From Eledone cirrhosa (lineage: Eukaryota), in contig OZ024741.1 in NCBI GenBank assembly GCA_964016885.1, positions 383,532,001 through 383,596,000 on the forward strand: 64,000 nt of DNA. The letters run 5' to 3'. The notes beneath the pieces are model-generated. The model was given only the letters and a program-made list of their open reading frames with translations, ran no database searches and was not told the DNA's origin. Below, one piece after another: positions 28,200-40,809 of the stretch. The first letter of the stretch is position 1. Each line of letters begins with the position of its first letter. Both the position numbers and the translations under genes were made by a program.

Positions 28200-28204
<5 letters not shown>
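27958..28204. mobile_element. (TA)n-embedded fold-back cassette (family F7)
   Basis: Palindrome 28134-28204 centred at TTTC-tatt-GAAA CGTACG TT (3' half of an HHR); tail to ~27958. Confidence 0.65.
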
Positions 28205-28235
<31 letters not shown>

Positions 28236-28238
<3 letters not shown>

Positions 28239-28433
28239 AAAATATTTAACGCCGACGGCAGAGCTCAAGCCGTCTCGACGGCTACTTCTGGACTATTGAG
28301 TCCAGAAGTAGCCGTCGAAACGGCTTGAGCTCTGCCGTCGGGGTTAAACATGTTCCTATTACTCACTCTACTACCTAAGTATTGAGTACTCTGGTGCGTT
28401 ATGGTCTATCTGGTTCCTTGCCACACCTCCTTC

Positions 28434-28436
<3 letters not shown>
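28236..28436. mobile_element. Fold-back cassette F4, copy 2
   Basis: Homologous to 15361-15548 in opposite orientation, with a longer central hairpin. Confidence 0.8.
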
Positions 28437-28477
<41 letters not shown>

Positions 28478-28645
28478 ATACTTTGGGAGGGTCATGCTGC
28501 CAATAAGAAACACACGCACCAGTTGCTTTCACTTCAATTTATTATATATTTATAAATTTATAAATTTACAAATTTACAAATCTACAAACTTATAAATTTC
28601 TGGTTGGTTGGTTGGTTCCACAACCAGATAGTTGTTTATATATAT

Positions 28646-28690
28646 AGTCATAGTCCTTTAGTCACACACTCTGTGACCTCTTCAGTGACT
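28646..28690 (-). ncRNA. pLTR hammerhead, probably inactive
   Basis: Same as 30747-30791 but GAAA reads TAAA. Confidence 0.55.
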
Positions 28691-29203
28691 GGGGATTCCT
28701 TTCTTCGTTTCTGTGCCTTTCCTTTCTTCTATCCTACGCCATTTTGTTTCTGTGTGTGTGTTGTGTGCTCAGTTTGCGCATGCGCCACATCCGGGTGTCT
28801 GTGTGTGTTTGTGTTCATTTTTCTATTTTTCTATTTATATTTTTCTATTTGTTTATTTATTTATGTATTTATTGTTGGTTGGTTGTTTGTTCTATGTGTG
28901 TGTGTGTTTTCATTTTGTCTTTAATTGTAAGTTGTGATGTTGCTGTTCCACTCATATTTTCTATTTAATTTTGGTTTTAATTCTTTTATGCTTACTGCCT
29001 CTGTAATTTGCCTAAACATTGCGTCTTTTCTGTGTGTGGATTCTATTTTTATTTCTATGCTCTCTAATCTACCCCTGTGTTCTATCTTAGCATGTTGGTA
29101 GAGCACAGATGATTCTTTATTATCTTGGAGGTCTCGCCAGTGTTCATTTATTCGTTCCCCTATACTACGAGCTGTCTCACCTATGTACACTATATTTTTA
29201 TTT

Positions 29204-30439
29204 GCAGGCGACATAGCTAACTTATTCATGGTATGGTGGGACAGTAGACTTAAACAAAAACTTAATGAACAATTAGAAGACAGCTTAACCCTGATAATGT
29301 ACTCCCGCTACGTAGATGATATAAACATCGTAGTTAAGACACCCCCACTAAAGAACAGTCAGGAACTAGAGAAAAACACAATGGAAAGCATCCAGCAAAT
29401 AGCAAACTCCATCCACCAGAGCATTAGAGTTACTATAGACTACCCAAGTAGACACCCCAACCATCGATTACCTGTACTAGACACAGAGCTCTGGTTAGAT
29501 ACCATTAACAACCAAAAACAAATCCTCCATTCCCATTATGCCAAACCCATGACTTCCAAACATCTGATCCACCGAAACTCGGCCATTTCGGACCATACCA
29601 AAATCAACATACTGATTGCGGATTTGGTACGGGTGATGAGAAATGTGTCCCGCATGTGCAACCCCGAAGAACTAGAGAGACACATACAGCACTTCATCCA
29701 CCGTATGCAGTTCTCTGGCTACAATCAGAGAGATAGAATCAGAGTGTATAAAGGAGCCAGAACCAAATGGGAAAAAATGGTAAATAATGACATAAATGGG
29801 ACCTGCCCCTTGTATAGGAGCACATTTTGGAATAGAATAGAAAGAACTAGGAACAAGGCCAATAGAATAAACTCATGGTATGATAGCAATAAATACCAGA
29901 GTGTAATGTTCATCAATACAACCCCTAGAGGCGAACTAGCCTACAAATTTAGAAGGGCCCTAAATAAACATAATCTCAATATTAAGATAGTAGAAAGACC
30001 TGGTACCTCCGTAAAAACACTTATTAGCAAGACAAACCCGTTCCAAAGACCCTCATGTATAGATAAGAAATGTATAACCTGTAAAATAAGCCCCCATATT
30101 AACTGTAAAACTAGAAATGTAGTGTATAGCATAAGATGTACTGAAGGACAATGTAGAAATAAAAATATAGTGTACACAGGTGAGACAGCTCGTAGTATAG
30201 GGGAACGAATAAATGAACACTGGCGAGACCTCCAAGATAATAAAGAATCATCTGTGCTCTACCAACATGCTAAGATAGAACACAGGGGTAGATTAGAGAG
30301 CATAGAAATAAAAATAGAATCCACACACAGAAAAGACGCAATGTTTAGGCAAATTACAAAGCCAGTAAGCATAAAAGAATTAAAACCAAAATTAAATAGA
30401 AAATATGAGTGGAACAGCAACATCACAACTTACAATTAA
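29204..30439 (+). pseudogene. PLE RT C-half plus zinc linker plus GIY-YIG endonuclease (open, 5'-truncated)
   Basis: RYVDD, LPVLDT, YAKPM, CIDKKCITC, NVVYSIRC, YTGETAR, RINEH. Confidence 0.9.
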
Positions 30440-30642
30440 AGACAAAATGAAAACACACACACACATAGAACAAACAACTTACAATTGAAAACACACACAA
30501 AATGAAAACACACACAGGACAAAATGAAAACACACACACACATAGAACAAACAACCAACCAACAATAAATAAATAAATAAATAAATAAATAGAAAAATAT
30601 AAATAGAAAAATAGAAAAATTAACACAAACACACACAGACAC

Positions 30643-30700
30643 CCGGAAGTGGCGCATGCGCAAACTGAGCACACAACACACACACAGAAACAAAATGGCG
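30643..30700 (+). promoter_or_regulatory. Candidate pLTR promoter: ETS, NRF1 and YY1 motifs
   Basis: CCGGAAGTG 30643-30651, GCGCATGCGC 30652-30661, AAAATGGCG 30692-30700; kept in all four pLTR copies (GGAT variant in three). Confidence 0.5.
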
Positions 30701-30746
30701 TAGGATAGAAGAAAGGAAAGGCACAGAAACGAAGAAAGGAATCCCC

Positions 30747-30791
30747 AGTCACTGAAGAGGTCACAGAGTGTGTGACGAAAGGACTATGACT
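30747..30791 (+). ncRNA. pLTR minimal type I hammerhead ribozyme
   Basis: agtca-CTGAAGA-g-gtcac/gtgac-GAAA-ggac-TA-tgact. Confidence 0.75.
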
Positions 30792-31102
30792 ATATATATA
30801 AACAACAATCTGGTTGTGGAACCAACCAACCAACCAGAAATTTATAAGTTTGTAAATTTGTAAATTTGTAAATTTATAAATTTATAAATATATAATAAAT
30901 TGAAATGAAGCAACTGGTGCGTGTGTTTCTTATTGGCAGCATGACCCTCCCAAAGTATAACAATATCGGTTTCAACACACGATTTCAGATAAAGAATCTC
31001 GCTAAACAAATTCAGAAACGAAATATATATATATATATATATATAGATGAGATTCTACAGGACTAGAACTGTTTCATTCATTTGAAATCATCACGGAATA
31101 GC

Positions 31103-31170
<68 letters not shown>

Positions 31171-31943
31171 GTACGTATAAACACACACAGAGATATACAT
31201 AAGTGACTGTGGTCTTTGTATCGTCAATTGATGCTTTCCCAGCTGTATGTGAATATATTTTCAGTATTAAATAACATTCGCATATATCTGTGTTCAGTAT
31301 ATATTTGAATTAAAGTGGTTTGGTCGATAGTACAATCCTTTATCGAGTTATTAAAATTCTAGAAATGTATTCTATTGAAAGATACGATCTCATATCGTAA
31401 ATTTCAATGAAGTTAATATTAAACTGTAGTCGAATGACCAGACAAAAATCTATCTTATCATTTGAGAAATTTGGACGTTTTTCTACGACCTTCAGGGTCA
31501 TCCAGCAGATTACTTTAAATAAAATGTTCCCATTGTATGAGACATTTGCTCTATAGAGACTTGACAGGCATTTTTCATATGCTGGCCCTGGTAAATGACG
31601 GACCATCATATCAGAGATATCATCTAATTCGTAGTTGAATGACTCGCCATTTTTATATACATTTCTGAATAAAGGTAAGTCTTATACATTGCATGTGTAT
31701 GTGTGTTTGTGTCAGTGTCACCATAAATTATGAGGACGTTGCTGTATGTATGGGTCAACACATCCGTTGCTACAATAAAGTTTCGTTCAACTTCTAGAAT
31801 AATGAAAAAGCATAATTCATCGAAGATTTCGATAGTCTTTTTAAAAACTATCTATGGCTGGCTCTGTGTGTGAGTGAGGTTGTGTGTGTGTTCGTACATG
31901 TATGTGTGTGTAACTATGCACTTATATATGCCTGTGTGAGAAA

Positions 31944-32003
<60 letters not shown>

Positions 32004-32074
32004 TTTCTCACACAGGCATATATAAGTGCATAGTTACACACACATACATGTACGAACACACACACAACCACATG

Positions 32075-32110
<36 letters not shown>

Positions 32111-32443
32111 TGTGTGTGTGTGTGTGTGTGTGTGTACGTGCGTGCGCGTGTGTGTGTTTGTGTGCGCGTGTGCGCGTGTGGGTGTATGTGTATATATATA
32201 CTTATACATGTATATATACACACATACACATACACAGAGAGAAAGAGATAGATAGATAGAAAGATATACGTGTCACTGTTATCCTAAATCTGCATACACC
32301 CCCCCCCCCCCCTTGCGTGTGTGCCAGTATGTGTAATAACTGATTAACTACACACGTGTTTTCCTCCCGGAAAAATATTTTTGCTGCTATTTTTCTCTTT
32401 TTACTTTTGTCTTTCAATTTCTTTTTCTTCTCGCCCATTCTAT

Positions 32444-32479
32444 CTTCCGAAGAAGACAAAACGTCCGAAATATATCAAG
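32444..32479 (+). ncRNA. Minimal hammerhead-like fold, C4 variant
   Basis: ctt-CCGAAGA-a-gac/gtc-c-GAAA-tata-TC-aag. Confidence 0.45.
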
Positions 32480-32781
32480 CGATTCCTACTATATCAAATG
32501 TTAAACTAATATATATCATAATTTTATGTATTGTCCTGCCGTTCTGCTTTTCCTTGTTACATCCACACTCTCATATATATATATATATATATATATAGTA
32601 ATATTTATATTTATATTTATATATGTATGATATAACTAAAAATATGTAGGGTAGTACTAAGTACTAGCCGGTTACCGGTATGACAAAAGGCTCAATGCAA
32701 ATTTTCAAGTGTTTTACAGAGCCGAGATACAAAGTGTTAAAACGATCAAATTTTAGTTTAGAACTAAACTAGTTCTAAATT

Positions 32782-32820
32782 AGCTGACAATTGTTTCTTC
32801 CAGAGCAATCATCAGAGCAT
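32782..32820 (-). ncRNA. Minimal type I hammerhead ribozyme
   Basis: gct-CTGATGA-short imperfect stem II-GAAA-caattg-TC-agc. Confidence 0.6.
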
Positions 32821-33149
32821 AAGGAATGTCGAAAACGTGTAACTAGAATCCTAGTCATTTAGAACATTTAGGGCACATAGTTGTTATTAAAAAAACATGT
32901 TTTTAATTTGGTTTATTATAACTAGATACTTTTTACATAGTTAGTATATGCATGTATAATATAAGGCATATACATATGTGTGACGATGCATAAACATATA
33001 TACACACACACACACATATCTGCACACACACTAATACACACATATATACACACACACATATATATATATATATAGATATATACACACATGTATACACACA
33101 CATATATACACATACACACACACACATATATATATATATACATACATAT

Positions 33150-34220
33150 ATAGGGGTACCACCACCCCTATCAAATACACCACGCCACTACACCAATAAT
33201 TACTCTAGTAGCACACCTCCCCCATCTAATCCTTCTAGCACGGACCAACTGCTTAGGTTAAATAACCCTACTCTCACTAACCGCAGAAGCAACTGCAACT
33301 GCCGCTAGCCCAATGCATGCCCATTAAATGGACACTGCCTGACACCCAACATAGTCTATAGGTGCACAGTTGAGACTGCTTCGAATACCAGCTCTTACAT
33401 CGGGTCTACCTCTAACCCTTCTAAGGTACGCTATAACGCGCACTCTTTTTCCTTCCGAGACCCTAGCAACAGATGTTCGACATCGCTAGCTAGGCTCATT
33501 AAAAACCTTAAATTAAACAAAGTTCAACACTCACTAAAATGGGATATCGTAGCTAGGGCACAACCGTTCAATGGACGAAGGAAATCTTGTGATCTCTGTG
33601 TTACGGAAGCGTATTACATAACTCTATCAAGACCTCTACCAATTAATGATAGAACGGAGGTAACCATTAGCTGTCAACATCGAAGGGCTAATTCCTTCGC
33701 CAATAGAGTTTTTGACCCAACTTAGTCATGTAGCCCCATCTCTAATTGTAGCTAATAAGTTAAATTGCTATGAACAACTCGATAATTATAAGTTACCTCC
33801 CCTACATTGTCTCTCAATTAAATAATTTAAATACTAGCACTTAACTATAAAATACACACAATCTATAATCTCTCGAGAAGTTACTTCCCCTGAAACCACC
33901 CTCTAATTAGTAAGGTAAATATGCCCCTTGGCAGCCATCTTGTTACCCATAGGCAGATCTCACACAATGCAGCCTCGACAGATGAGTACTGCTTTATTAT
34001 GGCTGACAGCTGATGAAACGAAGGCACCATAGTAAAAACTAATATATGGAACATTATATTATGTAACATTATTTTAATTTATATTCCTTTGAGTTCCGAT
34101 GAGCCACTCTGTTTTTTAAATATGTTAATTATTTTCAACTGAACCAGATCAATTATGATACATAGTCATCTGATCCAGAAATATTATACGGAGTAGCGAA
34201 ACAATTGTAAACGGGCATTA
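33150..34220 (+). mobile_element. PLE remnant H1 (Hydra-like endonuclease plus 3' UTR)
   Basis: 33288-33724 reads CNCR*PNACPLNGHCL..NIVYRC..YIGST..RYNAH..WDIV..CDLC; HHR at the 3' end. Confidence 0.8.
34093..34213 (+). ncRNA. Hammerhead-like fold, C4 variant, long stem II
   Basis: gtt-CCGATGA-gccactctgt/acggagtagc-GAAA-caattg-TA-aac. Confidence 0.55.
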
Positions 34221-34342
34221 TTATTATTAATATTATTATTATTATTATTCTCTACATTCCTTACATCAAACTAAATATGTTGACAATCTTTTAATAATGT
34301 CTTCCTTGTGAAATTTGTGGTCTTGTTTTTCTTAGCTAATGA

Positions 34343-34394
<52 letters not shown>

Positions 34395-34399
34395 GCAAA

Positions 34400-37185
34400 C
34401 ATACTGATTGTGTAGAGATAGTTGAAGTTTTTTATGACAAGATAGTGAGTTGCATAATATATACTGGAGTGATTGGAGTTATATACACAGTTGTCTGCTT
34501 TTTAGTTGGTGTTGTATATTGGGAATTTATTAGGTTGTCTATATCATTTAAATCTTTTCATTGTATAATGTAATAGATCAAACAGGTATTTATTGACTGT
34601 GTGGTCTTTTATTTAAGGTGTAGTCCTATATTTACGAAGGTCTAGTTGGATAGAGGAAGGTCTACTTCGATAAATGAAGGTCATGTTGGATAAATTACAA
34701 GGTGGTTGTCTAGTGTAATCTCCGACATTGGTCTTTATTTTTATTTTTATTATTATTAGTTGCTAGGTTTGAAGTAGTGGAACGAGAATCTATGGTAATG
34801 TGGATACGTGTAGAAGATCTCAGATTTCCTATTTAGTAGGCTAAGTTTCGAGTAAATAATATTTTAGACTCGAGGATGCAAAGGTTACAAAATGTGTTAG
34901 GTGGTTTATATGAAGGGGCCTTAGCTATCACTTCCCATTTTAATGTGTGTGGTATATTACTTGATTTTAATGAGTGTATGTATGTGGATATTGAGGTTAC
35001 GTTGCTAAATTTAGGGTTTCTGAACTAATGAAGGTGTGAATTATATCTGGACTTAAAGCTATTCGATGTAGAGTTTATATATACTTTCGAGATGTGATTG
35101 GCTGTTACAGTACCGGAGTAGACAATGTCTTTAATAAGGCAGTTCTTATTTAATGGACATGTCTTGTTAGGTCTACAGTTACAATTGTTTTGTTTATTAG
35201 TATACTGGTTAAGGGGGTGTGCATTTGAGTGGTTGTTTCTGTTTCTACTTCTAGTGTTATGATTATGGTGAGTGTTATTACTATTTGTATTATTAGTATG
35301 ACTTGTATGGTTTTGTACTGTGTTGTTGTTCAGGTTTTTTCTATGCTGGACATTATTACTTTGGTGTAGTTTGAAGTACTTTTCAATCTTTCTCTTGTTG
35401 GTGCTTGCTATGTGGTCTGCTATGTTAGGTGTGGTGGAGTAGGATATTTTAATTGTGTTTTTGTTAAATAGGTTGTGGTATTTATGGTTAGTTGGGAAGT
35501 TTTTGTCTAGAGTAGAGAAGAAAGCTTTAAGTATGTTTGTTGATACATTTAAGTTGAACGGAGAGTTAAAAAATGTGCTATTTCTTCTATTCTTCCTGTG
35601 ATTGTTATTCATACTACTGTTTAGTGTGGTGTTAGGTTCCTTCATATCTATATTTTTCTTTCTGTGGTGTTTCTTAGGTTTATTGCTGTGGTGTGACTTA
35701 ACTTTTTTATGGCACCCTTTGTACAGGAGTCTGGATGTTCAATACTACGATCATATTTACTTTTCTTCATGGCCATGTTGTGTGAAATTATATTGGGTTG
35801 TCTATGGGTGGTTGACGATTTAGGTTGAAATATAATTTTATCTCTATGGCCGGAACGGGCTAATGCTTCATTATAGTATTGGGATTTACGATTAAATGCA
35901 TTCTCGTTGTAAGAAAGGCTAGAGATTCTATTGGATACCCCTTTAATGATTGAGGTCAGTACAGATTTAGGGTGGTTAGAGTTCTTATTAACATAGAAAA
36001 GTTTTTCATTAGGTTTATGGTAAGGGATGTATTATTTAGAGTCTAAGTAGAGAATGACCTCCAGGAAGTTAACATTTTTGGTGTTTATATCTAAAATGAT
36101 ACCTAAGTTATAGTTTTTAAATATTTTATGTAATTGTTTTCTAGTTCTTTTCTATATTGAACTTTTTATAGTCTAAGAGGAAGAGTGCGTTGTCTCGATA
36201 GAGACCACCGTTGAGGTAAGGTAGGTTCTTCTGTATTTCGTTTAAGAGAAATAGGCCGACTAAGTCGGTTACCTGTGCCGAGTCACTAGATCCCATGGTG
36301 ATGTCGAAGTTGTTGGGTGTATTCTTGCGGGTCCATAATTGGTCTTCCAATGTAATTATTGTTTTCCTGGCCGCTAGGATTATATCTACCTGGGATCTAG
36401 TGAGTTCACTATTGTTCATGGCCATTATTAATGCTATATTTAGGAGGATAGGTGAGATAGAATTGTAGTAGGAGTTTATATCAAATTGGATGAATTTATT
36501 ATTTTCATTAATACCATTAAATCATTCGATTACTTCACTAGTGTTTCCCCAGAGGTTAAAATGGATTTTTTGTTTAATTTGGGGGATTACCTTATCTAAG
36601 ATTTTTTTAATAATGATGCCAATGTCTGATCTGGATGGGCAAATAAGTCTAATTAAGGGGTTAGTATTGAAGTCGTCTTTATGGTCTTTCAGAGAGAATC
36701 GTGGGAGAATAGGGGTGTACGGTTGAGTATATCTCTCTAGTCCTAATTTACATACTAAATTGCGGGCTTCAATATTTATGTCATCCAGGATTTTATGCGA
36801 TGTTTTTTGTAGTTCCTATAAAGTTCTTTATATATAAATTCTCTATATGTATCATAATTGTTTCTACTTTAGGCACAAGGCCAGCAATTACCCAGTGCAT
36901 TACTGGTACTTTATTTTATCGAACCCGTAAGGATGAAAGGCAAAGTCAACCTCGGCGGGATTTGAACTCAGATCGTAAAGGGACGTAACTATGCTGGAAA
37001 GCATGGCGTCCGACCCTCTACCGATACTGCCAATAAGTATCATAATCAAGGCTATATATGTTTTTAGTTTTATCAGCTAGTACTAATATATTCTTATTCT
37101 TATTAAAGTTTTTTTATTGTGGAATTTAGGTTATTTAGGAAGTCATTCTTTTTAACTCCTGAATCTCCACATGATGCCTTTGACA
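34400..37185 (-). mobile_element. PLE remnant H2 (Hydra-like RT plus endonuclease), disrupted
   Basis: LKDHK..RLICPSRSDIG..QFDINSYYNSIS..FDITMGSSDSAQVTDLVG..GLYRDN..CNCR..CPLNKNCL..IVY..FKSRYNSH. Confidence 0.85.
36859..37032 (-). mobile_element. Nin/Deu-domain SINE inserted in PLE H2
   Basis: SINE core flanked by target site duplication ATATGTATCATAAT (36845-36858) / ATAAGTATCATAAT (37033-37046). Confidence 0.85.
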
Positions 37186-37186
37186 C

Positions 37187-37352
37187 TAATAACAACTATG
37201 TACCCTAAATGTTCTAAATGACTAGGATTCTAGTTACACGTTTTCGACATTCCTGATGCTCCGATGAATACAGACTTCTTCTGGAAGGAACAATTATCAG
37301 CTAATAAATGTTCTAAACTAAAACTAAATTTGCTCGTTTTAACACTTTGTAT
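37187..37352 (+). mobile_element. pLTR-like segment, inverted copy of 32727-32889
   Basis: Diverged reverse-complement match; degenerate HHR gct-CCGATGA...GGAA-caatta-TC-agc. Confidence 0.65.
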
Positions 37353-37366
37353 ATATATATATATAA

Positions 37367-37474
<108 letters not shown>

Positions 37475-37591
37475 ATATATATATATGCGTGTGTGAGTGT
37501 GGATGAAAAAGGTAAACAGAAATAACAACACAGTCGGTACCGTATATGGAAGGTATATATTAGGTTAACGTTTGATATAGCAGGAAAAGGG

Positions 37592-37627
37592 TCTTAACGT
37601 TTCGGACGCTAGCTCTTCATCAGAAGA
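37592..37627 (-). ncRNA. Minimal Penelope-type hammerhead
   Basis: tctt-CTGATGA-agagc/gtcc-GAAACGTT-aaga. Confidence 0.55.
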
Positions 37628-37847
37628 AAGAATGAGAAATAAAATAGATTGAGGGGCCGGGCGGGATGGAATTGGAAAAAATGTCTTTAGATAAAAATAA
37701 CAGGTTCATTCATGTTGACATCTCTTTCAAAACTGTTGGTGCTGGCGTTTATATATATATATATATGTATACGTAGGTGCACAATTATATAAACATGTTT
37801 TAACGGTTTTAAACTCTTTGTATTAATTTCCTTTATATATATGTATA

Positions 37848-37918
<71 letters not shown>

Positions 37919-38279
37919 ATACTGCTGATTATTCCATACGAATGAAGCAGTTCTAGTACCGTAGAGGTCATTTCTATATAACATAAATATGCCTATACTC
38001 TACCAAATCCATGGAGTACTACATTGGTAGTACATTCGGACACAACAGAATCGCATCAAAAAAACCTCAACATTACACGCATCCTCATTTAAAAACTCAT
38101 TGACAAATACAAAAACACTAACAAAAACATAACAGTCAATATTGAAGCTAGAGAGAAATGTTGGCTACTTGAGAATAAAGGACGAACGGCTTATGCGTAG
38201 ACTCAACCCACAAATCAAGAAGAGATTACGACATAAAAGGACACACCCACATGCACACAAAGGCAGCCTAAGCACGACA

Positions 38280-38990
38280 ATGTGTATAGCATCCAAAATG
38301 AGGTGTTTACCACCCTAAACGTGAAGAAGGACATATCGTCAGGCCTTCTGTCGTCCTCTCGGTCCAGTCCCGACAACTCGAGCTGGGAGAAGAAAACCTG
38401 CAGCCTCCAAGCCCTTATTTATGATCCCGTTGAGGGTAGCATGACGTGGAAAATGGCCGTCACTGAAGCAACAGGACAACGGGTGAAGGCTGAAAGAATC
38501 TACAGTGGATCTGCAGCATCGTTTGTGTGGTTAGCAGCTCCAGAGGCCGCACCTCAGAGAAACGCCGATTCGCAGGCTATCGTTATCCAACTGTCTACTA
38601 GTTGAAAATGTGGGTATGGCATTCGGCCTGGCACCACTGTAGGGTTCTAAAGCCGAGCGAAAACATGCGAGGTAGTGCTGGTCGAGCTGGTGCGCTAAAC
38701 TGTCCGAGACTATGCCGCACTGGATGGCATCCCATATGCTCTGAGAGGATTTGACGTCTACAGGGAGGGGAGGTGGATGGACGTCTATAGTGCAGTGTCC
38801 GAGCCAGTTCCATGTATGACAGGCGACCTTGCGCTTTTCGATCACAGTGGGTTCCGTTGCGTTGTGGATAACTTTGCTCATGAGGACATTGCAAGTAGTC
38901 ACCGACGAAAGAATCGGTGGCAGAGCCCGTGAGGTCTGAAACCGGAGACCAAGGCCACCGTTTCTAACAGGTCAGGTGGCTTATTGCCTT
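38280..38990 (-). mobile_element. CRE-like non-LTR retrotransposon fragment
   Basis: PVRNGGLGL, SGARPNAIP..LDNDSLRIGVSLRCG, RPDD endonuclease-like motif. Confidence 0.65.
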
Positions 38991-39674
38991 ACCTTTCTTT
39001 TATATTAATATCCCTAGGTAAAATGGTTTCATTTTTCAGGATTTCGCTTCTGAATCATAAGATCCCAGGTTCAATGCTACTGTGTTGTATCTTAGTCAAG
39101 CCTCATTTATCACTTTTCGACTCATCTAAAAATCTTCGGAATTAAATTGAGAAGATCCGTCGGAAGAACTGTAGTTGTACCTCAAAGCAATCATCCTTAC
39201 CACACTGTTGCCCTGAATTTCCACAAACAAAACGTTATGTATTTATGTTTCTGTGGCATACCTGGTAACTTTCAAGTTAATATCGTGAGCAGGCTGTTCC
39301 ATGTGACTAGTAACGTGTATCAAAACTCGTAGTCGAAAGAGATGGAGGGCTATTCCATTCCACTCTCGCTTAAACAAAAGATTTATTAGAACTTCCACAA
39401 ACTGCAGCGAAACATCTAGAAAAAAGTATTCCGTACTCATATAACTTTCGTATCTTCTTTCCTCTATTCTGTTGATAAATGTAGCCAAAGGCAGTTTCCT
39501 TTCACAATGATTTCTTCGTAATTCCGGAAAGATCTAGTAGTATGTTGATACATTGTGAGAACAAGCGCAAAACAAGTGTAGAAGCCATATAATGCATGCA
39601 TACAATTGTATATACACAATTCGTCCCACACACAGACACTGACACACTGACACACACATATATGTATGTGTGCA

Positions 39675-39727
<53 letters not shown>

Positions 39728-39761
39728 CTATATATATATGTATATCTATCTATCTATCTAC

Positions 39762-39811
<50 letters not shown>

Positions 39812-39876
39812 CTATATAGATATATAGATATAAAGATAGTAATAATAAATAAGAAGACCAAAATCATATATATATA

Positions 39877-40805
39877 CTAGCAGAATGGCTCGGCGTTGCT
39901 CGGGCTTCTAAACATAGATTGGCATGTTTATCGCCCCCCCCCCCCTCCCCACCTTTCTGAAACAGTACAGAGATGTACGAAATACCTCGGCCTGGGGATG
40001 GTATCTACATGTTGTGCTTAGGCAAATAAATTCCCATTAAGATTTTTCAAAAGCATGTAATTGCTTTTTTGTTGTTGTTTTTGCTGCTGTTGGTGTGATA
40101 GCAGCCATTGCTCGTTCTACTAACACAGTCTCGTCCTTCTTCAGCCAATTGTGTATATCCCCTTCTGCCTCGTCTACCTAAACAATGATTGTAGCACCTC
40201 TTTGTACACAATGTTCCTTGTTCTTCCGTGTCGGGCATATGCAAAGAGATTCGTCTTGCTTCCCACAACGTATTGTTGCCCGTGTGAAAAACATGACTCT
40301 TCCAAAAAAAGACCAGCCACAGCTAGGGGCTGACCCTGGGATTTGTTGATAGACATTGCAAAGCTGACACGGTTCGGTGAATGGTTCGTTGGTTGTCTGT
40401 TTCAAGTGTTCTTCTGGTGGCAGTACTTTCGGCATCTTGCGACCGTCGAAGAGCAGATTCCACTAACGATTCGTTTGCCCGCCTTGTTCTTTTTCTTGCC
40501 GCCATCACAGTATTTCAGCCAATGGAGTATCACTTCATTCGAGGCATGACCTAACATGGGGACCAAGTACGCTAAGACTAACTGGTAGAGTAAGGAGTAA
40601 ACTCGTCAGTGATGCATGTGATTTCCGAACCGTTGACTATGTAATTGCTGGCCTTGTGCCAAAAGTAGTTGGATTTTTGGGTGGCATATCGGCAGTAACA
40701 ATGACGATAAGCCGTCTGTGCTTTCGTGAAATAAATACGTTTGTTTATATTTTGTTTGTGTGTATGCAAAAATATCTGTACTCGAATATATAATTATATA
40801 TATAT
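39877..40805 (-). mobile_element. Internally deleted Helitron
   Basis: 3' end CCCGAGCAACGCCGAGCCATTCTGCTAG; helicase C-terminus MSINKSQGQ..CFSHGQ..NIVYKEVL at 40174-40356. Confidence 0.8.
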
Positions 40806-40809
40806 ATTC

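Larger units (their letters stand above)
28471..31023 (+). mobile_element. Penelope-like element A, 5'-truncated, with inverted 5' arm
   Basis: Minus arm 28471-29203 (endonuclease end plus pLTR) joined to plus arm 29204-31023 (RT C-half, GIY-YIG, pLTR, tail); (TA)n on both sides. Confidence 0.92.
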
